Shown one piece after another: positions 1 through 9,874 of a DNA stretch of 64,000 nt. The translations under genes and the position numbers were made by a program. The notes beneath the pieces were generated by a model, which did no database searches, was not told where the DNA came from, and saw only the letters and a list, made by a program, of their open reading frames with translations. This stretch comes from an uncultured Acidimicrobiaceae bacterium. GTDB lineage: Bacteria > Actinomycetota > Acidimicrobiia > Acidimicrobiales > RAAP-2. How positions within the stretch are numbered: the first letter of the stretch is position 1; the number at the start of each line of letters is the position of its first letter. Location of the stretch: contig CAVTPF010000004.1 of the NCBI GenBank assembly GCA_963736525.1, positions 44,989 to 108,988 on the forward strand, in the 5' to 3' direction.

Positions 1-1
1 C

Positions 2-133
2 CTGACGGCGCTGTCCTGCCCCACGACGGCCGGCTGCGTCGCGGTCGGGGGGACGACGCTCGCCCGCCTCACCCTCGTGCAGCCGAAGCGCGCCCCGTCC
101 CCGTCACGCGCCCCGTCCCCGTCACGCGCCTAG
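2..133 (+). CDS. 3' end of a gene entering from the left edge (hypothetical, Cys motif SCPTTAGCVAVGG); partial
   Basis: Open frame from the window edge to TAG at 131-133: LTALSCPTTAGCVAVGGTTLARLTLVQPKRAPSPSRAPSPSRA*. It has no start in the window, so it is absent from the ORF track. Confidence 0.35.
   Translation: MTALSCPTTAGCVAVGGTTLARLTLVQPKRAPSPSRAPSPSRA
91..126. repeat. Perfect 18-nt tandem duplication (cgccccgtccccgtcacg x2)
   Basis: Read directly from the sequence. It encodes APSPSR twice at the C-terminus of the partial CDS. Confidence 0.85.
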
Positions 134-331
134 GGCCCGAGCCGGGCCTCGGCACCGTTGGGAACGGCCCACAGGTCTGTGACCTGGAGCATCGGGGCGG
201 TGCCGGCGTCCGAGGGTCCTAGGCAGGAGCGGCGAACCCCCGTAGAATCTGTGGTGCCGGACTCGAGGAGTCACGAAGCGTGCGGGGGGGGTAGGGGCAC
301 TCCCCGTTCGCCCGAACGATGGAGGACCGCC

Positions 332-949
332 ATGCCGCAGACCTGTCCACAGTGTCAGAGCGAGGCGGTCGACACTGCCGCCTTCTGTCCGAGCTGCGGA
401 GCCGCGCTGAGCGCTGGCTCGACGGGCGCCCAGGCAGCGCACACCGCGAACGCGCCGCCCCCCGCGGGAGCGGCCGCTCATGCCGCCGCGGCATCGAGCA
501 GGTCCGCCGTGCCCGCCTACAAATTCGACGCAGCCCGCTGGTCCCTGGCCGACCGGATCGCCGGGGTCGCCACCATCGTGCTGTTCATTTCCCTGTTCCT
601 CTCGTGGTTCGGCATCACCGTCATCGGCATCACCGTCACCGCGAGCGGCGTGTCGGCGCACGGCTACCTCTACATCGTGATGATCATCTGCATCCTGGAG
701 GTCGCTTACCTGGTGCTGCGGGCCGGCTGGGACCGGCTACCGGTCAGCGCCACCATCCCGCACCTCACCGTGATGATGTCCGCGACGATCGTCAACCTCG
801 TGCTGGTCTTCATCGGCTTCATCTTCAAGCCCGGTGGGTCGGGCGTCGGCTGGGAGTTCGGCGCCTTCCTGGCCCTCATTGCGGCGATCGTGGCCGCGGC
901 ACCCTATGCCATCCCGCAACTGCGCCAGCGGACAGGAGCCGCCAACTAA
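332..949 (+). CDS. Zinc-ribbon domain membrane protein (hypothetical)
   Basis: Internal ATG at 332 of ORF 158..949. The N-terminus MPQTCPQCQSEAVDTAAFCPSCGAAL has a CxxC...CxxC zinc ribbon, followed by about four hydrophobic helices. Confidence 0.6.
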   Translation: MPQTCPQCQSEAVDTAAFCPSCGAALSAGSTGAQAAHTANAPPPAGAAAHAAAASSRSAVPAYKFDAARWSLADRIAGVATIVLFISLFLSWFGITVIGITVTASGVSAHGYLYIVMIICILEVAYLVLRAGWDRLPVSATIPHLTVMMSATIVNLVLVFIGFIFKPGGSGVGWEFGAFLALIAAIVAAAPYAIPQLRQRTGAAN

Positions 950-980
950 CTGGGTCACTGCCCGGGGTCACCACCATGGG

Positions 981-2753
981 TCACTGGCGCATGGCCGCGA
1001 GGAGCAGCCCCGGGATCTTGGCCGCCGACGGTTCGGCCTCGAACGCAACGAACCGGCGCATGACGTCATAGCCGTCCGGGGCGGTGGCGAACCACGGTGG
1101 CTTGGGCCGGGACCGGAAGGGGCCGCGCACGACCGACTTCAGCGGGCGGGCGAACATGGCGGCGTTCCCGACGACGCCCGTGCCCGACTGAATGTCCGTG
1201 CGCGGGTGTCCCGGATAGGCGCCCCAGGTCGTGGAGCCCATGGCGAAGGACAGGCCGTGCCACACGTTGACGCCGATGGAGCCGTAGCGCAGGTCGGCCA
1301 CGGCCCGGTCGACCGCCTCGGCCACGTCGTGCTCCTTCAGGGATGAGGGGCTGACGATGACGGTGGCCCCGAGCGTCCCCCACACGACGTCGTTGCAGAA
1401 GTCGGTGGCGGCGTCGACGAAGGCCGCCGGCGACGGGGCGGTCAGCGCCGTCTCGGCCACCTCCCCGCAGAACGACTCCACGTTGAAGCAGATGTCGTCG
1501 GTTCGACCCGGCAGCACGCCGCGGATGAAGGTCCACGGCAGTGCGTCGCGCGGCCCCGCGCCGAACTCCTCGGCCTCGGGATGCGCCGCCACGAAGGCCT
1601 GGAGCCGGTCGGCGGCACCCGGGTAATAGGCGCGGCGGGTGGTGAGGCCCGACAGCGTCTGTGTCAACGCGCCGAGGAACGCGTCGCGCTGGGGCCAGGA
1701 CGCGTGCGTGACGACGAGCCGCGCCGAGATGCAATTGAAGCCCACGTTGTTCACCAGCATGGTGGCCACGTGCTCCGCCTGGTAGCGCAGCTCGGCGATC
1801 GACCACCGGCCCGGCACGACGATGACGGGTGACACGTTGCCGAGCTCCGCCGTGACCGGCTTGTCCAGGATCGGCTCGTCGGCCGCCTTGCGGCGGGCAC
1901 CGTCGGCCCCGGAGCCGAAGACCACGGCGTCGTAGGTCTTGTCCGAGCCGGTGATGTGCACCTCGTCGATCAGCGGATGGCCCGTGAGGTACTGCCCCGC
2001 CGCCGCGCCGCCCTCCACGATGCGCAGCACGCCGGCGGCGATGAGCGAGGCCAGGGCGCGGCTCCAGTGCGGAACCAGGTAGTCGTTGACCGGGTTGGCC
2101 TTCATCACCACGACCTTGCCCTCGACGAAGAGCTTGGAGAGCACGTCGCGCGGCCCGAGCGAGGCAACGTTGCCGGCTGCCAGCACGAGCGCCGTGCCGG
2201 CGTGGGCGAGCGGATCGGCGTAGGCGGGCGCCTGGCCGGCGACGAGGGACGCCGCGGTGACGCCGGGCTGCATCCAGACCTCGGCCGTGGTCTGGGGGAA
2301 CGTGATACGGTCGAAGGCGCCGTCGGGGAAGACCTGCACCCGCAACCGGCCGTCGGACGACTCCCGGACGGGACCGGCAAACGTGGGCTTGCCTCCCTTG
2401 GCGATGTCCCGCAGCGCATCGCGGTACAGACGAGCCATGCGCACGAACGTCCCGATACCGGCGAAGAGCTCCTCACCCGCCTCGGTCGAGCCCGGTGCCA
2501 GTCCCTTGGCTTCACACGCGGCGGCCAGCCAGTCCTCCTCGGCGGCCATGGTGTCGGCAATCACCCGCTGCAGGAGGTCGGCGCGCGGGGCGGGGGCGGT
2601 CCTGGCCCACGACGCCGCGTGGTCGGCGACCTCGCGCACGGCCGCGTCGAGCGCCGTCATGTCGAGGGGTGTCGCCGTCGCCGCGGCTGCGCCCCGCCCC
2701 GCCCCGGCCTGGTCGGCGGTCGGGGCAACCGCCCCGCGGCTGGCGATGGTCAT
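981..2753 (-). CDS. Aldehyde dehydrogenase family protein (long form)
   Basis: Motifs ELGNVSPVIV and NVGFNCISARLVV (catalytic Glu/Cys region) and ITGSDKTYDAVVFG. The ATG at 2753 is preceded by GGAGGA. The upstream 22 codons of the track ORF are unsupported. Confidence 0.8.
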   Translation of the reverse strand: MTIASRGAVAPTADQAGAGRGAAAATATPLDMTALDAAVREVADHAASWARTAPAPRADLLQRVIADTMAAEEDWLAAACEAKGLAPGSTEAGEELFAGIGTFVRMARLYRDALRDIAKGGKPTFAGPVRESSDGRLRVQVFPDGAFDRITFPQTTAEVWMQPGVTAASLVAGQAPAYADPLAHAGTALVLAAGNVASLGPRDVLSKLFVEGKVVVMKANPVNDYLVPHWSRALASLIAAGVLRIVEGGAAAGQYLTGHPLIDEVHITGSDKTYDAVVFGSGADGARRKAADEPILDKPVTAELGNVSPVIVVPGRWSIAELRYQAEHVATMLVNNVGFNCISARLVVTHASWPQRDAFLGALTQTLSGLTTRRAYYPGAADRLQAFVAAHPEAEEFGAGPRDALPWTFIRGVLPGRTDDICFNVESFCGEVAETALTAPSPAAFVDAATDFCNDVVWGTLGATVIVSPSSLKEHDVAEAVDRAVADLRYGSIGVNVWHGLSFAMGSTTWGAYPGHPRTDIQSGTGVVGNAAMFARPLKSVVRGPFRSRPKPPWFATAPDGYDVMRRFVAFEAEPSAAKIPGLLLAAMRQ

Positions 2754-2905
2754 CGTCGTCCTCCCCGGGTGCGCCACACGAGTGCGCCCCTGATCGACGA
2801 TCGGGTCTCGTGCGCGCAACCAGCCGCCAGCGTACCGAGGAAGTCGTCGGCTTCCCCCGCGCGGCCGTCGCGGGCATCGCGGGCGCGCGGGGGGCGCAGC
2901 GGGAC

Positions 2906-3427
2906 TCAGGCCGGGTGGTCGACGTCCAAGTCGACGTCCGATCGGTGGGCCCGGATGTAGTCGCGCATGCGGACGTCACTGCCCACGCTCAGGGCGGCGA
3001 GCAACCGCTCCAGCGCGTCCGACGGCTCCGGGCCGAGCTCGTCGTACAACCCGCGTTCGATCCGGTCGGCGGCCACGCGGTGTGCCTCCAGGTAGCCCCT
3101 GGCCAGCGGGGTCAGCGAGACGATCTTCTCCCTGGCATCGGCGGCGGAGCCAGCGACGCTCACGTATCCCCGCTCGACGAGGGAGGCGACGACCTTGCTC
3201 GCCCCCTGGCGGGTGATGCCGAGCACGCGCCCGACGTCCGAGATCGTGACGTCGTCCGACTGGGCGCACAGGAGGAGCACGCGCCCGTCGGGGAAACGGC
3301 GGTCGGCAAAGCCGGCGGCGGCCATCTCGGTGTCGAGCCGGATCTGGTACCCCACCCATGCCTGCCGGAGCGACGCGCCGAGCCGCCGGGGTGCGGGAAC
3401 CGCCTGGGTCCCAGAATTGTCAACCAT
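2906..3427 (-). CDS. MarR family transcriptional regulator
   Basis: Winged-HTH stretch ISDVGRVLGITRQGASKVVASLVERGYV. The start was taken at ATG 3427 (MVDNSG); the alternative is 3457. Confidence 0.8.
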   Translation of the reverse strand: MVDNSGTQAVPAPRRLGASLRQAWVGYQIRLDTEMAAAGFADRRFPDGRVLLLCAQSDDVTISDVGRVLGITRQGASKVVASLVERGYVSVAGSAADAREKIVSLTPLARGYLEAHRVAADRIERGLYDELGPEPSDALERLLAALSVGSDVRMRDYIRAHRSDVDLDVDHPA

Positions 3428-3429
3428 AG

Positions 3430-3460
3430 TTGACAGACTAGCCACGGGCGCGCGCATACT
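3430..3460 (+). promoter_or_regulatory. Candidate promoter for the phosphoesterase gene (TTGACA, 19-nt spacer, CATACT, then 5 nt to the ATG), suggesting a leaderless mRNA
   Basis: TTGACA at 3430-3435 and CATACT at 3455-3460, with the ATG at 3466. It lies inside the 38-nt marR/PLC divergent gap. This is a sequence-only prediction. Confidence 0.25.
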
Positions 3461-3465
3461 GGGGC

Positions 3466-5034
3466 ATGCGGCACCGGTGGGCCCGGCAGGCGGGCCGACA
3501 CGCCGGCCCCCTCATGGGCCTCCTCCTCGCCGGCGCCGTGCTCTGCGCCTGCAGCAGCGGCGGCGGGAGCGGCTCGGGCGCACCGGCGGAGCGGGTGAGC
3601 GGCGGCCCCACCGGGCACTACGTCGTCGCGGCGGGCATCCACAAGATCAAGCACGTCATCATCATCGAGCAGGAGAACCGTTCCTTCGACAGCTACTTCG
3701 GCACGTACCCGGACGCCGACGGCATCCCCATGAAGAACGGCGTGCCGACGGTGTGCGTGCCGATGCCGACCGGCGGGTGCCAGGCGCCCTACCACGACAC
3801 GGCGGACGTCAACGGCGGCGGGCCGCACGGCGAGGCGAACGCGCGCAGGGACGTCGACGGCGGGAAGATGGACGGGTTCATCACGGAGGCCTCGAACGCC
3901 AAGAAGGGGTGCGGCGCCAACATCAACACCGTCAACAACCCGCAATGCGCCAACTCGGCCACGCCCGACGTGATGGGCTACCACACGGCGGCGGAGATCC
4001 CGAACTACTGGACCTACGCGAAGGACTTCGTGCTCGACGACCACATGTTCGAGCCGGTCGCGTCGTGGTCGCTGCCCGACCACCTCTACCTGGTGTCGGG
4101 CTGGTCGGCCAAGTGCTCGAGCCCCAGCCCCTCGAGCTGCGTGAACGAGATCAGGGGCCCGTACACCCCGGTGCAGATGCAGGAGTACGTCGACCAGGCC
4201 ATCGACACCGGCACCGCGGAGGTCACCAACGCCTGGACCGACATCACGTGGCTCCTCTACAACAAGCACGTCCCGTGGGCCTACTACGTGCAGACCGGCG
4301 ACCAGCCCGACTGCGACGACGACTCGGCCGTGGTCTGCCCGGCGGTGGCGCAGAGCTACCTGACCCCTGGGATCTGGAACCCGCTGCCGATCTTCGAGGA
4401 CGTGCAGAAGGACCACCAGCTCCGCAACATCCAGCCGCTGAACAACTACTTCACCGCGGCCAAGGCGGGGACGCTGCCCGCGGTGATGTGGGTCACCCCT
4501 TCGCAGGCCGACAGCGAGCACCCACCCGGCAGCGTCCACCAGGGCCAGGCCTACGTCACCGCCGTGATCAACGCCGCCATGAAGAGCCCGGACTGGGACT
4601 CGACGGCCATCTTCTTGCAGTGGGACGACTGGGGCGGCTTCTACGACAACGTGGTGCCACCCCCCGTCGACCAGAACGGGTACGGCCTGCGCGTGCCCGC
4701 CATGGTGATCTCGCCCTACGCCAAGTCGGGCTACATCGACCACCAGATGCTGAGCAGCGACGCCTACCTGAAGTTCATCGAGGACGACTTCCTCGGCGGC
4801 TCCCGCCTCAACCCCAAGACCGACGGGCGGCCCGACCCCCGGCCCGACGTCCGCGAGGACGAGAGCATCCTGGGCAACATGGTCAACGACTTCGACTTCG
4901 ACCAGGCGCCACGGGCCCCGGTGCTCCTGCCCACCAACCCGCCGACCGACTCGCCGTCGGTTCCCGCCTATTTCCAGGGCATGGGACCCTGCGACGGCTG
5001 CACGGCCACACCACCCAGCACCTCCGGCGGGTGA
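3466..5034 (+). CDS. Phosphoesterase family protein (non-haemolytic phospholipase C / acid phosphatase type), secreted or lipoprotein
   Basis: [22 protein letters not shown] is the signature N-terminal block of the phosphoesterase (PlcC/AcpA) family. The signal peptide ends in [14 protein letters not shown]. Confidence 0.8.
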   Translation: MRHRWARQAGRHAGPLMGLLLAGAVLCACSSGGGSGSGAPAERVSGGPTGHYVVAAGIHKIKHVIIIEQENRSFDSYFGTYPDADGIPMKNGVPTVCVPMPTGGCQAPYHDTADVNGGGPHGEANARRDVDGGKMDGFITEASNAKKGCGANINTVNNPQCANSATPDVMGYHTAAEIPNYWTYAKDFVLDDHMFEPVASWSLPDHLYLVSGWSAKCSSPSPSSCVNEIRGPYTPVQMQEYVDQAIDTGTAEVTNAWTDITWLLYNKHVPWAYYVQTGDQPDCDDDSAVVCPAVAQSYLTPGIWNPLPIFEDVQKDHQLRNIQPLNNYFTAAKAGTLPAVMWVTPSQADSEHPPGSVHQGQAYVTAVINAAMKSPDWDSTAIFLQWDDWGGFYDNVVPPPVDQNGYGLRVPAMVISPYAKSGYIDHQMLSSDAYLKFIEDDFLGGSRLNPKTDGRPDPRPDVREDESILGNMVNDFDFDQAPRAPVLLPTNPPTDSPSVPAYFQGMGPCDGCTATPPSTSGG

Positions 5035-5077
5035 CCCGGTCGACCGGGCTGACCGGGTCGACCGACTCGCCTCCTGA

Positions 5078-6007
5078 TCAGGCGACCCGCGGCATGACCT
5101 CCCTCGCCAGCAGCTCGAGATGCTCCAGGTCGTCGAGATCGAGCACCTGGAGGTACACCGTCTGGGCGCCGATGCCGGCGAAGGCCTGCAGGCGCGCCAC
5201 CACCTCGTCCGGTGTGCCGACGACGCCGTTGGCCCGCAACTCGTCGGCCTGGCGTCCGATGGCGGCCGCCCGGCGCTGCACCTCGGCCTCGTCGGCGCCG
5301 CAGCACACCGTCTGCGCGGCCGTCAGGCGCAGGGTCGACGGGTCGCGTCCCCTCTCCGCGCAGGCGGCACGCACCCGGGCGTACTGGGCCTCCGTGTCGG
5401 CGAGCGAAGAGAAGGGCAGGTTGAACTCGTCGGCATAGGTCGCCGCCAGGCGCGGCGTGCGCGTGGGCCCCCCACCGCCGACGATGAGCGGTGGATGCGG
5501 CCGCTGGACGGGCTTGGGCAGCGCCGGACTGTGCTTCAGGTGGTAATGCCGCCCGTCGAAGCTGAAGGTCTCGCCCTGGGGTGTGCCCCACATGCCGGTG
5601 AGGATGGCGAACTGCTCGTCCAGGCGCTCGAAGCGCTCGCCCGTCGGCGGGAACGGCACGCCGTAGGCCGAGTGCTCTGCGTCGTACCAGCCGGCGCCGA
5701 GACCGAGCTCGACGCGGCCGCCGCTCATGGCGTCGACCTGGGCCACCTGGACGGCGAGCAGCCCGGGCAGCCGGAAGGTGGCCGACGTGACGAGCGTGCC
5801 CAGCCGGATGCGCTCGGTCTCGCGCGCGATGGCGCCGAGCGTGACCCACGAGTCGGTCGGGCCGGGGAGGCCGTCGCCCCCCATGGTCAAGAAGTGGTCG
5901 GAGCGGAAGAAGGCGTCGAAGCCGGCCGCCTCGGCCGCCTGCGCCACCCGGAGCTGTTGCTCGTAGGTCGCCCCGAATTGGGGCTCGGTGAAGATGCGGA
6001 GCTTCAC
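5078..6007 (-). CDS. LLM class (luciferase-like) F420-dependent oxidoreductase
   Basis: MKLRIFTEPQFGATYEQQLRVAQAAEAAGFDAFFRSDHF and GLGAGWYDAEH are typical of LLM-family proteins. GTG start. Confidence 0.8.
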   Translation of the reverse strand: MKLRIFTEPQFGATYEQQLRVAQAAEAAGFDAFFRSDHFLTMGGDGLPGPTDSWVTLGAIARETERIRLGTLVTSATFRLPGLLAVQVAQVDAMSGGRVELGLGAGWYDAEHSAYGVPFPPTGERFERLDEQFAILTGMWGTPQGETFSFDGRHYHLKHSPALPKPVQRPHPPLIVGGGGPTRTPRLAATYADEFNLPFSSLADTEAQYARVRAACAERGRDPSTLRLTAAQTVCCGADEAEVQRRAAAIGRQADELRANGVVGTPDEVVARLQAFAGIGAQTVYLQVLDLDDLEHLELLAREVMPRVA

Positions 6008-6079
6008 GGGCCCAAGTTAACCGGCCGTCCGTCCCGCCCGCCCAGGGCACGGCCGTCCCGAGCGGGGCAGACTGCGGCG

Positions 6080-6940
6080 ATGGACATCGGCGTGATCTTC
6101 CCCCAGACCGAGATCGGTGGCGACCGCGGTGCCGTCCGCGCCGTGGGTCAGGCCGCCTCGGATCTGGGTTACACCCACCTGGCGGCGTACGACCACGTGC
6201 TGGGCGCGGACGTCGCGGTGCACGGCGAGCTCGGCGGTCCCTACACGATCGACGACCCCTTCCGCGAGCCGCTGACCATGTTCGCCTACCTGGCCGGCTG
6301 CACGAAGCTGGCCTTCGCCACGTCCATCCTGATCGGGCCGCAGCGCCAGACGGCGCTCCTGGCCAAGCAGGCGGCCGAGGTCGACCTGCTGTGCGGCGGC
6401 CGCTTCCGGCTCGGGCTCGGGATCGGTTGGAACAAGGTGGAGTACGACGTGCTCGGTGTCCCCTTCGACGACCGGGCCGCCATTCTGGAGGAGCAGGTCG
6501 CCGTGCTGCGCGCCCTGTGGACCAAGAAGAGCGTGACGCTCGACGGGCGCTTCCACCACATCCGGGCGGCGGGCCTGGCGCCGCTGCCGGTGCAGCGGCC
6601 GATCCCGATCTGGATCGGCGGCCACGCCCCGGCCGCGCTGCGCCGGGTGGGACGCGTCGCCGACGGCTGGTTCCCCATGGTCCGCCCGGGCGGCGGACTC
6701 GATGCGGCGCTCGAGATCATCCGCGAGGGGGCGGCCGAGGCGGGGCGTGACCTGTCCGGCTTCGAGTTCGAGGGCAGGCTGGAGTACGCCGTGCGCGACC
6801 ATGAGAAGATTGCGGAGCACGCCCGGCGTTGGCGGGCCGCGGGCGCCAGCCACCTGTCGCTGAACACCATGCACGCGGGACTGCAGGGCACCGATGCCCA
6901 CATCGCTGCGTTGGAGGAGATGGCCCAGCTATTGCTGTAG
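6080..6940 (+). CDS. LLM class F420-dependent oxidoreductase
   Basis: Only the last 287 codons of ORF 5120..6940 look real: MDIGVIFPQTEIGGDRGAVRAVGQAASDLGYTHLAAYDHVLGAD and GLGIGWNKVEYD. The rest is antisense to the previous gene. Confidence 0.8.
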   Translation: MDIGVIFPQTEIGGDRGAVRAVGQAASDLGYTHLAAYDHVLGADVAVHGELGGPYTIDDPFREPLTMFAYLAGCTKLAFATSILIGPQRQTALLAKQAAEVDLLCGGRFRLGLGIGWNKVEYDVLGVPFDDRAAILEEQVAVLRALWTKKSVTLDGRFHHIRAAGLAPLPVQRPIPIWIGGHAPAALRRVGRVADGWFPMVRPGGGLDAALEIIREGAAEAGRDLSGFEFEGRLEYAVRDHEKIAEHARRWRAAGASHLSLNTMHAGLQGTDAHIAALEEMAQLLL

Positions 6941-6963
6941 CTGGCGCGGGTGCCCGAAGCGGA

Positions 6964-7611
6964 TCACGGCGCGGGGGTGGCGAGAATCTCCCGGAGGAGC
7001 GCCTCGACCCGGTGCTTGACCGCATCCCTGATGGGCCGGATCTCGTCCAGCGACTTGCTTGTCGGGTCTTCGAGCTCCCAGTCCTCGTATCGCTTCCCGG
7101 GCACCAGCGGACAGGCGTCGCCGCATCCCATCGTCACCACGACGTCGGCGGCGCCCAGGAACTCGTCGGTCCAGGGCTTGGGGAACTCCTTGGAGATGTC
7201 GATCCCAACTTCGCTCATCGCCTTCACCACGTCCTGGTTGATCTCAGATCCGGGTTCTGAGCCACCCGACCATGCGACGGCACGACCTGCCGCCAGATGG
7301 TTGAACCAGCCCAAGGCCATCTGGGAGCGTCCGGCGTTGTGCACACACAGGAAGAGCACCGCCGGAATCCGCTTCAGTGAGTGGTCCTGGGTATGAGCCA
7401 AGGCCTCGAGACGTTGCAGGGCGAACTTCTCGGCGGTCACTGTCAGCCACCTGGTGACCGTGGCCCTCTTCGCGATCTCGTCGTAGCTCTCGAACACGAA
7501 CGCCTCGATGGTCTCGAGGCCGAAGATGCCGTGGAACTTGGAGTGCAGCTGTTTGCACACATGGTTCAGTTGCACTTTCTGCTGCGGTGTCATGCTTTCG
7601 TGCTCAGTCAT
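6964..7611 (-). CDS. arsC: Arsenate reductase, LMW-PTP type, with an N-terminal helical extension of about 80 aa
   Basis: CX5R P-loop LCVHNAGRS and VVTMGCGDACP. GGGGAGAG lies upstream of the ATG at 7611. Confidence 0.8.
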   Translation of the reverse strand: MTEHESMTPQQKVQLNHVCKQLHSKFHGIFGLETIEAFVFESYDEIAKRATVTRWLTVTAEKFALQRLEALAHTQDHSLKRIPAVLFLCVHNAGRSQMALGWFNHLAAGRAVAWSGGSEPGSEINQDVVKAMSEVGIDISKEFPKPWTDEFLGAADVVVTMGCGDACPLVPGKRYEDWELEDPTSKSLDEIRPIRDAVKHRVEALLREILATPAP

Positions 7612-7674
7612 GTCTCTCCCCTTGTGCTCTCACGCCACACCCGTTCTCATGGCCGCCTGACTCTGCACCACGGC

Positions 7675-9078
7675 TCAGTCACCAAGCGACCCCTGCGCCC
7701 GCACCCAGGCCTGGGCCCCCATCTGCACCGCGTCCCACGGGCTCCCGAGAGGCGGCGTGTACGAGAGGTCGAGGTCGCTCATGGCGTCCACGGTCATCTC
7801 GTTGAAGATGGCGGCGGCCGCGATGTCGATGCGCTTGGCCACTTCGGCGTGGCGGTGGCCGAAGAGCTGGACGCCCAGGAGCCGACCGGTCGTGCGGTCG
7901 CCGCTGTAGCGCATACGGATGCGGTGGCTGCCCGGGTAGTAGGACTTGTGGTCGTCGGCCTCAAACTCGACGGTCACGGGGTCGAAGCCGACGGCACGCG
8001 CCTCGTGGTCGCGCAGCCCCGTGCGGGAAGCCACCATGTCGAAGACCTTCACGACCTGGGTCCCGAGGCTGCCTTCGAACTCCCTCCTCCCTCCGATGGC
8101 GTTCTCCCCGGCGACCCGGCCCTGCTTGTGGGCCGTGGTCCCGAGGGGCAGGTAGGTGAGGCCCAACAGTCGGTGGTGCGTCACGACGCAATCACCGGCG
8201 GCGAACACACGCTCGAGGTTGGTCCGCATTTCCCGGTCAACGCTGATAGTCCCGGCGATGCCGAGCTCGGCCCCGGCGGAGGCTGCCAGAGCGGTGTCGG
8301 GCCGAACACCGACGACGATCAGCACCATGTCGGCGAAGGTGGTGAGCTCGGTGCCCGAGGACTCGACGGCATCGACCTGGAAGCGGCCGGCCGAACCCTT
8401 GGGTGCTCGGGCGATCCGCTTGACCGTCGTGTCGGTCCGCACGTCGACGCCGTGCGCGGTCAGCTCCGCGTTGACCAGCGCACCCAGGCTCGGGTCCACC
8501 GTCGGGAGCACCTCCGGCAGCTGCTCGAACTGGGTGACCGAGAGGCCGCGGGCCCGGAGGCCCTCGGCCATCTCGAGGCCGATGTACCCGGCACCCACGA
8601 TCACCGCGCTGGCGGGCTCCGACTCCTCGATCGTGCGCACCAGCTCGAAGGTGTCGCCCATGGAGTGAAGCAGGTGGACCCCATCGGCGGGCCCGAGCGC
8701 CTCGGGACCGGCCAGGCCCTCGATGGGCGGCCGAGCCGAGATCGCCCCGGTCCCCACGACGAGCTGGTCGTAGGCGATCTGGTCCTCGGCCCCGGCCTCG
8801 TCGGTCACGTGGAGTGTGCGCCCGCTGACGTCGATGTTGGTGGCCACGGTGTTGAGGCGGACCTGCATCCCCGTTGCCTTCAAGTCGTCGAGGGTGCGAT
8901 GCGCCAGGTTGCGCCAGTGCGTGACCTCACCCGACACGTAGTAGGGGATGCCGCAGATGGAGAAATTGGGATAGGCGTCGGCGACCACCACCGTCACCTC
9001 GGTGGTCGGATCGAGCTCGCGTGCCCTGAGCGCGGCGCTGATGCCGGCGTCACTTCCGCCGATGGCGACAAGGTGCAT
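7675..9078 (-). CDS. FAD-dependent pyridine nucleotide-disulfide oxidoreductase (CoA-disulfide reductase / NADH oxidase-like)
   Basis: N-terminal GGSDAG dinucleotide fold, a single redox Cys in NFSICGIPYYVSG, and a second GAGYIGLE fold. Confidence 0.8.
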   Translation of the reverse strand: MHLVAIGGSDAGISAALRARELDPTTEVTVVVADAYPNFSICGIPYYVSGEVTHWRNLAHRTLDDLKATGMQVRLNTVATNIDVSGRTLHVTDEAGAEDQIAYDQLVVGTGAISARPPIEGLAGPEALGPADGVHLLHSMGDTFELVRTIEESEPASAVIVGAGYIGLEMAEGLRARGLSVTQFEQLPEVLPTVDPSLGALVNAELTAHGVDVRTDTTVKRIARAPKGSAGRFQVDAVESSGTELTTFADMVLIVVGVRPDTALAASAGAELGIAGTISVDREMRTNLERVFAAGDCVVTHHRLLGLTYLPLGTTAHKQGRVAGENAIGGRREFEGSLGTQVVKVFDMVASRTGLRDHEARAVGFDPVTVEFEADDHKSYYPGSHRIRMRYSGDRTTGRLLGVQLFGHRHAEVAKRIDIAAAAIFNEMTVDAMSDLDLSYTPPLGSPWDAVQMGAQAWVRAQGSLGD

Positions 9079-9111
9079 GAGGATCCTTTCGGGGATGTGT
9101 CGATTCCGAAA

Positions 9112-9846
9112 TCACCGGGTCTCGAGGTCGTTCTCGCCGCGCAGGTGGGGTTCGATCACGTCCGCCGCCTCGGCCTTGGTCATGCCGGGGTAGAGCCCCT
9201 TGATCAGTCCGAAGGCCAAGACACCGCCCACGATCTGGGCGGAGATGAAGCTCGGGACCGAGGAGGGGGCGATGCCGGCAAAGCTGTTGGAGAACATCCG
9301 GCCGACGGTGATGGCGGGGTTGGCGAAGCTGGTCGAGCTGGTGAAGAAGTAGGCGGCGCCGATATAGGCCCCGACGGCCGCCGGGGCGAGGTGGGACCGC
9401 CCCGAGCGGGCCAGGGCGAAGATGACCAAGATCAGGCCCACCGTGGCGACGACCTCGGAGAGCCAGTGCGGACCCGAGGCCCGGTGCTTGGTCGAGATGG
9501 AGATGGCGGCCTCGGAGAACATCCCATTGGCCAGGACCGCCCCGCAGATGCACCCGAGGGTCTGGAAAGGAAGGTAGGCGGCGGCGTCCTTCCACTTGAG
9601 GCCCCCGAACCCGGCGTCGACGAAGGAGACGACCGGATTGAAGTGCCCCCCCGAAATCGGACCAAACATCAAGATGATCGCGAACAGACCCGCCGCCGTA
9701 GCGGCAGCGTTCTCGAAGAGCTGGAGCCCGACGTTGCCCGGGGACAAGTTCTGCGCCGCAATACCGGAACCGATGACGATGGCGGCCAGGAAGGCGCTGC
9801 CCAAGAACTCTGCGAGCAGGCGCCGCCACAAGACGGTGTCCCTCAC
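9112..9846 (-). CDS. MIP/aquaporin family channel (likely arsenite/glycerol-type channel)
   Basis: Two NPx boxes (HFNPVVSF and FANPAITV) and six hydrophobic segments. It sits inside the ars cluster. Confidence 0.8.
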   Translation of the reverse strand: MRDTVLWRRLLAEFLGSAFLAAIVIGSGIAAQNLSPGNVGLQLFENAAATAAGLFAIILMFGPISGGHFNPVVSFVDAGFGGLKWKDAAAYLPFQTLGCICGAVLANGMFSEAAISISTKHRASGPHWLSEVVATVGLILVIFALARSGRSHLAPAAVGAYIGAAYFFTSSTSFANPAITVGRMFSNSFAGIAPSSVPSFISAQIVGGVLAFGLIKGLYPGMTKAEAADVIEPHLRGENDLETR

Positions 9847-9874
9847 GTACCGGTCCCTCGTTCCCCTCGGTCTC

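Noticed and set aside
3160-4743. A 527-aa minus-strand ORF. Similar long antisense ORFs occur at 14055..16007, 18261..19976, 28997..30406, 40216..41226, 54497..55498 and 55909..56781.
   Set aside because: Each lies opposite a confidently identified gene and has low-complexity Arg/Gly/Val/Asp composition with no motifs.
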